64,000 bases of DNA from Armatimonadota bacterium (GTDB lineage Bacteria; Armatimonadota; UBA5829; DSUL01): assembly GCA_039811685.1 (NCBI GenBank), contig JBDHZC010000003.1, forward strand, positions 128,001-192,000, in the 5' to 3' direction. The notes below the pieces were generated by a model. It made no database searches. It saw only the letters and a list, made by a program, of their open reading frames with translations, and had not been told where the DNA came from. Shown in pieces: positions 50,313 to 58,652 of the stretch (position 1 is the first letter of the stretch; the number at the start of each line of letters is the position of its first letter). The position numbers were made by a program, and so were the translations under genes.

Positions 50313-52082
50313 ATGTCTGGCTTTCGCGCGTATGTGTGCGTGCTCGTGCTCGCAGCGGCTTCCAGCGGCTCATCGCAAACGGTGCGCCTGGCCCTTCCGG
50401 GCGCCTCAGGACAGACCGCTATCTTCGATGCGCAAAACCAGCTCAGTGTTGTGACCCACAGCGTCCCTGCTGGCTACATGGACCTCTACCCAGCCTATCG
50501 CGCCGAGTCCGGCCCTCCGGTGATCATCGTTGAAGGCTTTGATCCGACAAACAAGACAGTACCTGACGCCGTTTATCAACAGGTCAACGTGCTCGGTGGG
50601 ATAGACACAGTCCGGGCAGCCGGGCGCGACGTCTGGATTGTGAACTTTGGAGATGGCGGGGGAGCTATTGCGGCGAACGCGAAGCTTGTAAGCTCCGCCG
50701 TCGCGCAGGCCGCCAACTACGGTGGTCTGGCAAGTGGGCAGGTGGACATTATTGGCCTCAGCATGGGAGGGGTCATCACGCGATGGGCGCTGGCGGCGGA
50801 TGAAGCTGGCCACGGTCCCTCAGACGGTCTGGTGCGCCTGTTCGTCTCCGGCGATTCCCCTCAGCAGGGCGCTAACGCCAACCCCAACCTCCAGGAGCTC
50901 ATCATCTTTCAGAACAGCCCTGATACACTGCCGCTAATGCGCTCGGACGCCGCAGTGTCCATGCTCTACCAGAGCGTGCTCAGCTTTGCCACCAATGGCT
51001 GTGCTCTCGGCGCGCTACCCTCAGCCACCAGTTTTGTGAGCTCACCCGCTGCGCACGACTGGTTCTACAACGCTCTGAATGCGCTGAACGGCGACGGCTA
51101 TCCTCACAAAAGCCGCAACGTCGCCATCTCAAACGGCTCCTGGAGCGCGCTGCCTTATGCCACCGGAGACTGGCTGGCCGCCTGCCGCACCTATGCCAAC
51201 TTCATTGTGCGCATCCAGGTGTGCTCTCAGACTTACAGCGCAACGGCCACGGATGTCGGTCCGGGTTCCCTTGCGGGAGACTTCGCGGCCGGAAACATCC
51301 GCACGCCGGAGTTTGAGATGGATCAACATTTCGTACCTGCGTTCATTCCAGCTGGCTCAGCTCTGGACATGCGCTCTGGTCAATCCATGTTCGACCGAAC
51401 TCTTGTCCAGATGACCGCTCAGAATCACTCCACTATTACGCCCGCCACAAATGCGTTTATGCTGGACGAAGTGCTGGGAGCCGGCGCAAAGGTGAATCCC
51501 TGCTTTATGCCGGACGGCGCAACGGCTAATATCGCTGGTCTTGTTGTTACCGGCGTCTATGCGGGGCGGTTCTATGCGGAGCAACCGGATCGCGCGTGGG
51601 GAGTGGCTGTAGAAAGTCCTGCGGCAGTCGCTCCCGGAGACACTGTGACGATCTTCGGCCCAATGGCGACACGTGGGGGTGAGCGCGCAGTAGCGGCGTC
51701 CTCAGTCACAATCACCGGTCACGCCTCGCCTCCCGCGCCGCTCACAATGAAAACGGGCGCGCTCGGTGGTGGGCTCGTGGGGCAGTTCTCCGCAGGTGTG
51801 ACAGGTGGAGTTGGCGCCAGCAATACCGGTCTGCTGGTGCGTACAGGCGGCCTTGTGACTGGCGTCGCCGACGATCAATCCTTCTTTACTATCAATGACG
51901 GTTCGGGCGATGTGCGCGTGCTTGTAACGGGCCTCTCTGCGGGACAGACGATAGCCGCGCCACCGGTCGGTGAGTTTGTCACCGTCACTGGCGCAAGCTC
52001 CACCTCAGACACCGGTTCAGCAGTTTTGGCGGCTATCCGTCCGCGTGATCAAGGCGATATCGAAATCCTCACCCAGCCCTGA
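50313..52082 (+). CDS. Secreted alpha/beta hydrolase (lipase-like) with the recurring C-terminal OB-fold-like domain
   Basis: Motifs VEGFDP, nucleophile GLSMGG and DSPQQGAN; C-terminal NTGLLVRTGG...DGSG...VTVTG...RPR...DI. Confidence 0.8.
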   Translation: MSGFRAYVCVLVLAAASSGSSQTVRLALPGASGQTAIFDAQNQLSVVTHSVPAGYMDLYPAYRAESGPPVIIVEGFDPTNKTVPDAVYQQVNVLGGIDTVRAAGRDVWIVNFGDGGGAIAANAKLVSSAVAQAANYGGLASGQVDIIGLSMGGVITRWALAADEAGHGPSDGLVRLFVSGDSPQQGANANPNLQELIIFQNSPDTLPLMRSDAAVSMLYQSVLSFATNGCALGALPSATSFVSSPAAHDWFYNALNALNGDGYPHKSRNVAISNGSWSALPYATGDWLAACRTYANFIVRIQVCSQTYSATATDVGPGSLAGDFAAGNIRTPEFEMDQHFVPAFIPAGSALDMRSGQSMFDRTLVQMTAQNHSTITPATNAFMLDEVLGAGAKVNPCFMPDGATANIAGLVVTGVYAGRFYAEQPDRAWGVAVESPAAVAPGDTVTIFGPMATRGGERAVAASSVTITGHASPPAPLTMKTGALGGGLVGQFSAGVTGGVGASNTGLLVRTGGLVTGVADDQSFFTINDGSGDVRVLVTGLSAGQTIAAPPVGEFVTVTGASSTSDTGSAVLAAIRPRDQGDIEILTQP

Positions 52083-52274
52083 AGCCCGAAGCCTGGTTTT
52101 TCCCGCTGCCGCTAACAGTTCTAGAATGAGCTCTCTCCTGCCAGCCCGTGACTCGTCACACAAGGGGAGCCATGCTTCCCAGCCTGGCTGGTGTACAGCA
52201 GCCGGGAAAACTGCAAGGCAGGAGGCCGCTTGAGTATTGAGGAAAGGAAACGCAGCGATGGTTGAGGGCTGAAC

Positions 52275-54887
52275 ATGACCGACTACGAAGTTCTGGATAT
52301 CTCTGGTTTTTGCAGTGCGGGGGCAGACGTGCGTACGCAGGTGGACTATGAGCCTGCCGCCTGGCCGACGGACTACCGCGGAATTCCTTTTCGCTTCGTT
52401 CCAGATATGAAGTCGTGCTTTGTGTGCCTCGGGCGCCGGCCGGATAGCTCAGCGGTGGGCGCCAGCAAGATATCAATCCCCATCGGCAAGACAGCCAGAA
52501 ACGTCATCTTCGCCCACGCGATGCTGGAGAGTTTTCTGGAGCGCGGAGACAGTCTTGGCCGTACTGTGGGAATCTACACGTTCGTGTACGCGGATGGAAG
52601 CAGCGTCGAGGCGCCAATTCGGGAGCGCTTCGAGATTGCCGCTATTCCAATTCCCTGGGGCTTCCTGCCGTTCGCTTCGCTCCCGGACGGGCGCGACGGC
52701 CTGCACACGCGGGGGCCTGTTCCGCCGGGTGAGGCCGGAAATCGCCAGCAGGAGGTAGGGTTGGGATGGCCCGGAGACTACTATCTGTGGGTCTGGGAGA
52801 ACCCGCGGCCGGAAGTTCCTCTGGATCGTGTTGAGCTGAGAGCCGCCGAGCCTTCGGAGCGTTCACCGGGCCGGGCGGATGCGCTTGGACCGCACAGCCA
52901 GACGCTGGACGAATACGGTAACTTTCCCTTGCCAGGCTTCGTCGTCGGGGCCATCACTCTCGGGCATCTCGACGAGAAGCCGTTTCATCAGAGCGCGGCT
53001 GTTCCTGTGAAGCTGACTCTGCTCAGCCCGGAGCTCGCTCAGAAAAACTTCAACCTCGACGTTACTGTTGATCGAGGTGTCGCAACCTACGTCTACGCCT
53101 TGCCACTGGAGACTCCGGTCGCCTTTCTGGCGAGCGGCCACGCCGGATTCGGCGAGGAACAGAATCTGACAAGTTCGCCTGCGTACGTGGAGATCGCAGC
53201 GACGCCGTCAGCGACTCTCACCGTCAAGCAGGGCGAAGATGAAATTGCACAGGCGAATTGGGGTGAGATCGAGTCCAGGGGCAGCGTCGAGACGGAGCGC
53301 GTCAGAATCGAAGTCATTGAAAGCGGCCGAAACTGGGTGCATACCACCGTTCTGGATGCCGATACCGGAAAACCCGTTCCCTGCCGCATCCACTTTCGCT
53401 CACCACACGGCGTTCCGTACCAGCCGCACGGCCACCACGGGCACGTCAACTCAAATCTCGGAACCTGGCACATAGACATCGGCGGCGACGTGCGCCTGTC
53501 TCAGATTACCTACGCCTACATTGACGGAAAGTGTCAGGGCTGGCTACCCCGTGGTGAGGTCATCGTGGATGCCGCGCGGGGGTACGAATACGAACCACTG
53601 CGCCAGACTGTGACCATCCAGCCTGGACAAAGAGAGCTGACTCTTCGCCTGAAACGCAAGCACAACCTCAACGCCGAGCGCTACTTCAGCGGGGATACGC
53701 ACGTCCACTTTCTGTCTTCGCAGGGCGCGCTGCTGGAAGCGTCCGGCGAAGACCTGGACGTCGTCAACCTCCTTCAGTCCCAGTGGGGACATCTGTTCAC
53801 CAACACCGAAGAGTTCACCGGGAAGCCCCACGTTTCGGGTGACAAAGAGACGATCGTCTATGCAACGCAGGAAAACCGCCAGCACATTCTCGGGCACCTT
53901 ACGCTGCTCGGTCTGAAGGAGCCTGTCATGCCCTGGTGTTCTGATGGTCCGGGCGAGGCCGAAATGGGAGGGAATCTGGAAACGACCCTGTCCCGCTGGG
54001 CGGACGTATGCCACGCTCAGGGTGGCACCGTCGTTATCCCTCACATGCCCAATCCGAACGCAGAGCCCGCTGTGCTCATAGCGACAGGCCGCGCAGACGC
54101 TGTCGAGATGATTGCGCAGAACATGTTCTTGCACGTGGACTATTACCGCTATCTGAACGCCGGATACCGCTTGCCCATCACAGGCGGGACCGACAAGATG
54201 GACGCGGGTGTTCCGGTGGGTCTGTACCGCACGTACGCCTGGATCCCGCCGGACGAGGAGTTCACTTATGACAACTGGTTGAAGGCCCTTCGCAGCGGAA
54301 ACACCTTCATCTCCGGAGGACCGCTGCTGCGCTTCAAAGTGAACGGACAGACGATGGGTTCAACCATTCATCTTGGCAGGGATGGGGGCACTCTCGACGT
54401 GGAGTGTAGCGCGTCGAGCATCATTCCTGTCCATACGCTGCAGATTGTGCAGGGCGGGGAGGTAGTCGCGCATACGCAGGAATCTGCGGGTGCGAAAGAA
54501 TTGACGCTGCGCGCGCAACTGAAGATAGACGGATCCACCTGGCTGTGCGCGCGCTGTGGGGGACCGGATTATCACATCGAATCCGCACCAGCAGGAAAGG
54601 CAGTGCGGCACTTTGACTCGTGGCGGCGCGCGGTGTGCGCGCATACGTCTCCCGTTTACATCCAGGTAGGCGAAACCTACGACGTCTGTAGCCCCGCTTC
54701 ACTCCAATACATGCTGACGCTTGTGGATGGCAGCCTGCAGCACATTCGTCGCGCGCCTCAGTGGAAGCCCGGGCACGTCACGCATCACCACCACTCCCAC
54801 GACCATCTAGAATATCTGGAGGGTCCACTGCGCGAGGCGGCTCAGGCCATCCACAAGAAGATGCACGAGCACGGAATCCCGCACTAG
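52275..54887 (+). CDS. CehA/McbA-type PHP-like metallohydrolase
   Basis: Motifs SGDTHVH, ENRQHILGH, GGTDKM and AHTSPVY; His-rich C-terminus. Confidence 0.75.
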   Translation: MTDYEVLDISGFCSAGADVRTQVDYEPAAWPTDYRGIPFRFVPDMKSCFVCLGRRPDSSAVGASKISIPIGKTARNVIFAHAMLESFLERGDSLGRTVGIYTFVYADGSSVEAPIRERFEIAAIPIPWGFLPFASLPDGRDGLHTRGPVPPGEAGNRQQEVGLGWPGDYYLWVWENPRPEVPLDRVELRAAEPSERSPGRADALGPHSQTLDEYGNFPLPGFVVGAITLGHLDEKPFHQSAAVPVKLTLLSPELAQKNFNLDVTVDRGVATYVYALPLETPVAFLASGHAGFGEEQNLTSSPAYVEIAATPSATLTVKQGEDEIAQANWGEIESRGSVETERVRIEVIESGRNWVHTTVLDADTGKPVPCRIHFRSPHGVPYQPHGHHGHVNSNLGTWHIDIGGDVRLSQITYAYIDGKCQGWLPRGEVIVDAARGYEYEPLRQTVTIQPGQRELTLRLKRKHNLNAERYFSGDTHVHFLSSQGALLEASGEDLDVVNLLQSQWGHLFTNTEEFTGKPHVSGDKETIVYATQENRQHILGHLTLLGLKEPVMPWCSDGPGEAEMGGNLETTLSRWADVCHAQGGTVVIPHMPNPNAEPAVLIATGRADAVEMIAQNMFLHVDYYRYLNAGYRLPITGGTDKMDAGVPVGLYRTYAWIPPDEEFTYDNWLKALRSGNTFISGGPLLRFKVNGQTMGSTIHLGRDGGTLDVECSASSIIPVHTLQIVQGGEVVAHTQESAGAKELTLRAQLKIDGSTWLCARCGGPDYHIESAPAGKAVRHFDSWRRAVCAHTSPVYIQVGETYDVCSPASLQYMLTLVDGSLQHIRRAPQWKPGHVTHHHHSHDHLEYLEGPLREAAQAIHKKMHEHGIPH

Positions 54888-55061
54888 ACTTCTGCGGAGA
54901 GTGCGCCGCTTACCATCCCTCCAGGTTTCCCAACCTGGAGGTCCGCCGGGCAGGAGGTGAGGACGGGTGGCTGATCGAAGGAAGCTCTAGGTATTTCATC
55001 CCTCCAGGTTTCCCAACCTGGAGGGATGACCCTGCCTTGTCCGGGTTCTGGAAGTCTCAAT

Positions 55062-55698
55062 GTCCAACCCTCACATTCCGAAATACCTACGGTGCAGGCA
55101 GTTGTAGTGGCTGGGATCGGTCCTATACGTGGTAGTCAGCGCGATGCGTGAAAACAGCGAGGCACTCGTCGCGGGGCTGGCGTTGGCGGCTGTGCTGCAG
55201 TCCTCCATCTTCTACTTCCAGCTTTGGCGGCCACGCCTGGAGCGCATGCGGCTGCTGCAGGGCCGTAGTGTTCTTAGCCAATGGGAACTGGCGGAGCTTT
55301 TTGCCATCGCCGGCGCATCAGGGCTGTCAGTAGCGGCGAACTTAGCCGTGATCGGCAGATACCTTCACGTGCACTCTGGTTGCCTCAGGCCGACAGATAG
55401 ACTGGCCGACTTATACTGCGTGTCCCCTTTTGCCATCAAGTACATAGGCTTAATAGACTCCGACATCTTTCGCTGCAAAGAAGCGATACGGGACCGGGTC
55501 GAGCGCCAGCACCGCTTTCGTACCTGTCTGGTGGGGGATGTAGTGGAGCAACTGCCGCTTTCCGTACTGCTAAGCGGCCTTGAGCAGCAGAGCGTTCGCC
55601 TGTGAACTGAGGCTGTAGGTATTTCGGGATTTGAAGGTTGGACGTGAGAACCATCACATCTCTGGGGAGTTACGGCTCCAACCTGGAAATCCCGAAAT
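55062..55698. repeat. REP-like family C, three arms: GTAGGTATTTCGGGATTT..AGGTTGGAC
   Basis: 55062-55090 and 55615-55643 are inverted (26/29 identical). 55677-55698 pairs with 55621-55642 as a hairpin. Confidence 0.85.
55129..55605 (+). CDS. Hypothetical membrane-anchored protein, candidate immunity cargo (start may be 55144)
   Basis: N-terminal TM segment; fills almost the whole interval between the family C inverted repeats. Confidence 0.6.
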   Translation: MVVSAMRENSEALVAGLALAAVLQSSIFYFQLWRPRLERMRLLQGRSVLSQWELAELFAIAGASGLSVAANLAVIGRYLHVHSGCLRPTDRLADLYCVSPFAIKYIGLIDSDIFRCKEAIRDRVERQHRFRTCLVGDVVEQLPLSVLLSGLEQQSVRL

Positions 55699-55710
55699 GA
55701 GGGGGACGCC

Positions 55711-55750
55711 GTGAAATGGAAGAGCATTGACACTGGCGCAGGCTGCTACT
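55711..55750 (+). pseudogene. 5' stub of a second Y1/RAYT-like transposase (copy 1)
   Basis: GAGGGG site and GTG start give MKWKSIDTGAGCY; the same DNA recurs at about 57307 and 58518. Confidence 0.5.
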
Positions 55751-55793
55751 GCGTCTTACTGCCTCCAGGTTCGGAACCCTGGATGGATGAAAA

Positions 55794-55963
55794 GACTCGA
55801 TCTTTTCGACTGCAGAGCAGGGGGACCAACCGGATGGTTCAACCCTTACATGGGGGAGAACATGGAGTACAATGCTCTGGGCACGCTGTGTGGATACAAC
55901 GTGTTCCAATCCTGTGACAATTGTTGTAAGAGCCTGTGCGGCTGTGTCTTTGGACACTGGTGA
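55794..55963 (+). pseudogene. Headless Cys-rich C-terminal fragment, probable Rhs toxin tail
   Basis: Reads ...YNALGTLCGYNVFQSCDNCCKSLCGCVFGHW-stop; begins at a repeat boundary and its stop is 1 nt from the next ATG. Confidence 0.45.
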
Positions 55964-55964
55964 C

Positions 55965-56324
55965 ATGAGAATCTTACGCGTTTTTCTTGTCTTGCTCACC
56001 GCCGGCATAGCCGTTTGTGGTTGCGCTCAACGGTCTCGCCCGCCGTCCGGCGATATTCCATACTACGTGACGCTTGTCGGCCACCCACGTTCAGACGTGG
56101 ACCGAATCATGAGGCTGGGCGGTGGCCAGTACGTGCGTAGCTACAAATCAGAGAAGGAGTTTGCCGCGTTCAAGCGTACGATCTCTCCGCTGACGGACAA
56201 GACGCTGGACGGGGAGGTTATGCAGTACCACCTTGGAGGCGACCTTGGCAATGGGGTCTTACTGGTCTTCTTGGACCACCGGGGCACGGTTACGGCCATT
56301 CATTGGGCCGTCGACCGATTCTAA
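55965..56324 (+). CDS. Small lipoprotein, candidate immunity protein
   Basis: Lipoprotein signal MRILRVFLVLLTAGIAVCGC; TGAcATG coupling to the upstream tail. Confidence 0.7.
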   Translation: MRILRVFLVLLTAGIAVCGCAQRSRPPSGDIPYYVTLVGHPRSDVDRIMRLGGGQYVRSYKSEKEFAAFKRTISPLTDKTLDGEVMQYHLGGDLGNGVLLVFLDHRGTVTAIHWAVDRF

Positions 56325-56415
56325 GGAGCCAAATGGAGAGTTGGTAGCCAGAGCCTACCCCAGCGGAGGAGGGCAGTACTACTTCTTCGACTGGCTGGGC
56401 TCGACCATCGCGCAT
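56324..56415 (+). pseudogene. Rhs core fragment
   Basis: EPNGELVAR...GQYYFFDWLGST matches the Rhs YYxxDxLGS motif; no start codon; truncated near a family A repeat. Confidence 0.7.
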
Positions 56416-56558
56416 GCGCCATTAACGGAAGGGACACGCACGGATCGTCTGTATTTCCATCCCTCCAGGTGTCCTCACCTGGAGGAGGCGACGGGACGGA
56501 CTTAGGTACGTACGCCTGGTAACCCGCTGGGAGCCAGCGGGACCGGAGGAGGCTTTCA

Positions 56559-57300
56559 GATGCTGCGGGAATGGCAAACCTCACCAGCGTGTCGACTGAC
56601 TGAAACTGAAATTCCCGCAGCCACTCCGGACTCACCGTGCAGCCGGCGGCTGTGGTATCATAGCCTCGTGAGCAACCAGCGCTACCGGAACAGCTACATC
56701 GACGGGTGCTCCCACTTCGTAACAGCGAGCGTCGCCGGCTTCGCGCCGCTTCTGGCGTCCGATACCGGGCGGCAGACGGTTCTGCGATCGTGGAGCCACT
56801 GCCGGGGCAGGTATGGTGTCCTGATCGAGGGCTTCGTGATCATGCCGGAGCACATTCATGTCCTTGTGCGAGGGAAGGCGAAGCCTGTCGAACAATTCAT
56901 CCAGTACAGCCTGCAGCGTTCGGCACGTCATCTGCGGGAAGTATATGTCGCCGCGGCACGGGGTGGTGACCCGGCTGCGGCAGCGCTGGTGGAGCACATA
57001 CACAGTCTGGGTCGGGTCTGGAAGGAGCGGGCGCGCTGCGTGGCGCTGTCGCGGGCCGAAGATGTGCTGGGGAAGCTCGAGTACATGCACAACAACCCGG
57101 TGAAGCGCGGGCTGGTGGTGGCGCCGGGCCAGTGGGCGTGGTCGAGTTGGGCAAACTACTACGGCGGTGAGCCGGTGCTGGAGATCACGCCTGCTCTGGG
57201 CTTCGACGAACCGGTGACCCTCGCGGCGTCGCAGGTGGCTGCGGGAATTGAGGCCAGTGGAGGACGAGGGGCATGAGAAGTCTGTCATTCCCGCAGCATC
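56559..57300 (+). mobile_element. RAYT element bounded by inverted family B hairpins
   Basis: Ends read GATGCTGCGGGAATGGCAAAC and GTCTGTCATTCCCGCAGCATC. Each end is itself a hairpin (56559-56621 and 57236-57300). Confidence 0.75.
56668..57276 (+). CDS. REP-associated tyrosine transposase (RAYT; HUH/Y1, IS200/IS605 superfamily)
   Basis: Motifs HFVT, VIMPEHIH (HUH) and KLEYMHNNPVKRGLV...WAWSS; TGGTATCAT 6 nt before the GTG suggests a leaderless mRNA. Confidence 0.92.
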   Translation: MSNQRYRNSYIDGCSHFVTASVAGFAPLLASDTGRQTVLRSWSHCRGRYGVLIEGFVIMPEHIHVLVRGKAKPVEQFIQYSLQRSARHLREVYVAAARGGDPAAAALVEHIHSLGRVWKERARCVALSRAEDVLGKLEYMHNNPVKRGLVVAPGQWAWSSWANYYGGEPVLEITPALGFDEPVTLAASQVAAGIEASGGRGA

Positions 57301-57306
57301 AAAAAG

Positions 57307-57410
57307 TGGAAGAGCATTGACACTGGCGCAGGCTGCTACTATTTCACCAGCGCCTGCTCGGAGTGGCTCCCAACCTTGGACCTCCCGGACGGATGCGACA
57401 CAGTGTGCGT
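57307..57410 (+). pseudogene. 5' stub of a second Y1/RAYT-like transposase (copy 2, longest)
   Basis: WKSIDTGAGCYYFTSACSEWLPTL resembles the Y1 N-terminal YFxT...WLP motif. Confidence 0.5.
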
Positions 57411-57456
57411 TTTCAAAGTATTGACTGCCGGCGCTTTAATACGAGGGAGGCCGAAG

Positions 57457-57579
57457 GTGAAGAGAAGAAATGAACGGCTATGGGACCAGATTCTGCTGTG
57501 GCTTATGCTGCTTGCCATGCTGGCAATTGCGGCGTCAATCATGGTACCTGCCTACCGCCTTACGCTTGAAAGTCGGTAG
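57457..57579 (+). CDS. Short single-TM peptide or truncated cargo gene
   Basis: GGGAGG ribosome-binding site, GTG start, basic N-terminus followed by a hydrophobic helix. Confidence 0.4.
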   Translation: MKRRNERLWDQILLWLMLLAMLAIAASIMVPAYRLTLESR

Positions 57580-57799
57580 TGCACCCCAGGTAGAGCCGTC
57601 AGGCTCAGGAGCCGGCGTCCGGCTCTGCGGCGACGGACATTGATTGGGAGTGGTCAAGCGCCAGAGCGTATGCCAGGCAGCAGACGGTGGAGACCGACGA
57701 TAGCCTTGACGCACTTAGCGGGGGATGAGACTATGACTACGACCTTTGGCCTCCAGGTTGGGAAACCTGGAGGGATGAGGTAGCAATCATTATGGACGA

Positions 57800-58207
57800 G
57801 TGGGGGCTGTGACGACGGCGACAATTGACCAGGACGAGGCCGCCAAGCTGGACGCTCTGCAACGCGAGTTGAGTTGTTCTCGGCGACTCCGTTTGCGCTC
57901 CGTACTTGTTGCTATCTTCTTCTTTCCGATTGTCCTGCTGGTATTCTTCATTGAACGCCGACCCGCGGTTTCGCTGCTGATGTTTCTGATCTTTGTCGTC
58001 TACGGGACCAATGCGCTACAGCCGGTGGCCTCTCACTCAGCGCTTCGGATTCTGAAAACGCTACGACCTTCTCGTGATAGCCGCACAGTGAGTGTTCTGT
58101 TCGATGCTATGCAGTATTACTCTCTCGCACCAGCAGCCAAGGAACAGCTTATGCGACTGCTTTTGGAGGGCGACGGTTATGATGCTCACGATCAGCAGCC
58201 ACCTTGA
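57800..58207 (+). CDS. Hypothetical 2-TM protein, candidate immunity cargo
   Basis: Starts about 20 nt inside repeat A5; two hydrophobic helices; followed directly by Rhs debris. Confidence 0.6.
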   Translation: MGAVTTATIDQDEAAKLDALQRELSCSRRLRLRSVLVAIFFFPIVLLVFFIERRPAVSLLMFLIFVVYGTNALQPVASHSALRILKTLRPSRDSRTVSVLFDAMQYYSLAPAAKEQLMRLLLEGDGYDAHDQQPP

Positions 58208-58217
58208 CGTTGCCAAG

Positions 58218-58440
58218 TGGTATGACCCGGCGGGCAATCGGCGGCCAGCCAGCGACCACAGGTACAATACGTATAACGCGGCAGACATGTTGCTGGCGAA
58301 CGGCCTGAACGGCGATACGCTCTCCGGAAGTGGGCGATCCAACGTCTGGGATTCGCAGAAACGGCTTGCGTAGAACCGCCACCTTGGGTGGCGTCATGAC
58401 GCAGTGCATCCTCGACGGGCAGAGCGTAGTGCAGGAGATA
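58218..58440 (+). pseudogene. Degenerate Rhs/YD-repeat fragment
   Basis: WYDPAGNR...TYNAADML...WDSQKRL, then in a shifted frame TLGGVMTQCILDGQSVVQEI. Confidence 0.7.
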
Positions 58441-58444
58441 TTTA

Positions 58445-58616
58445 GACGCTGCGGGAATGGCAAATCTCGCCAGCGTGTCGGGCGACTGGAAACCGAAATT
58501 CCCGCAGCATCAAAAAGGAGGGGGACGCCGTGGAGTGGAAGAGCATTCAGATGCTGCGGGAATGGTGAATCTCACCGTTGTGACGAACGACTGGAAACCG
58601 AAATTCCCGCAGCATC
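58445..58616. repeat. Two tandem family B hairpin (REPIN-like) units
   Basis: 58445-58511 and 58550-58616 read GA(C/T)GCTGCGGGAAT...ATTCCCGCAGCATC, with spacers related to 56559-56621. Confidence 0.9.
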
Positions 58617-58652
58617 AAGAGCGCCGGATGAAAGGCTGCGCTTGCAGACCGG

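Noticed and set aside
57690..57750. Possible further Rhs stub (DYDYDLW) before repeat A5
   Set aside because: Too short and interrupted by a stop codon to support without an HMM search.
56559..58616. Neisseria dRS3 repeats (ATTCCC-N8-GGGAAT)
   Set aside because: The same hexamers occur in the opposite order with about 40-nt spacing, so this is a different element.
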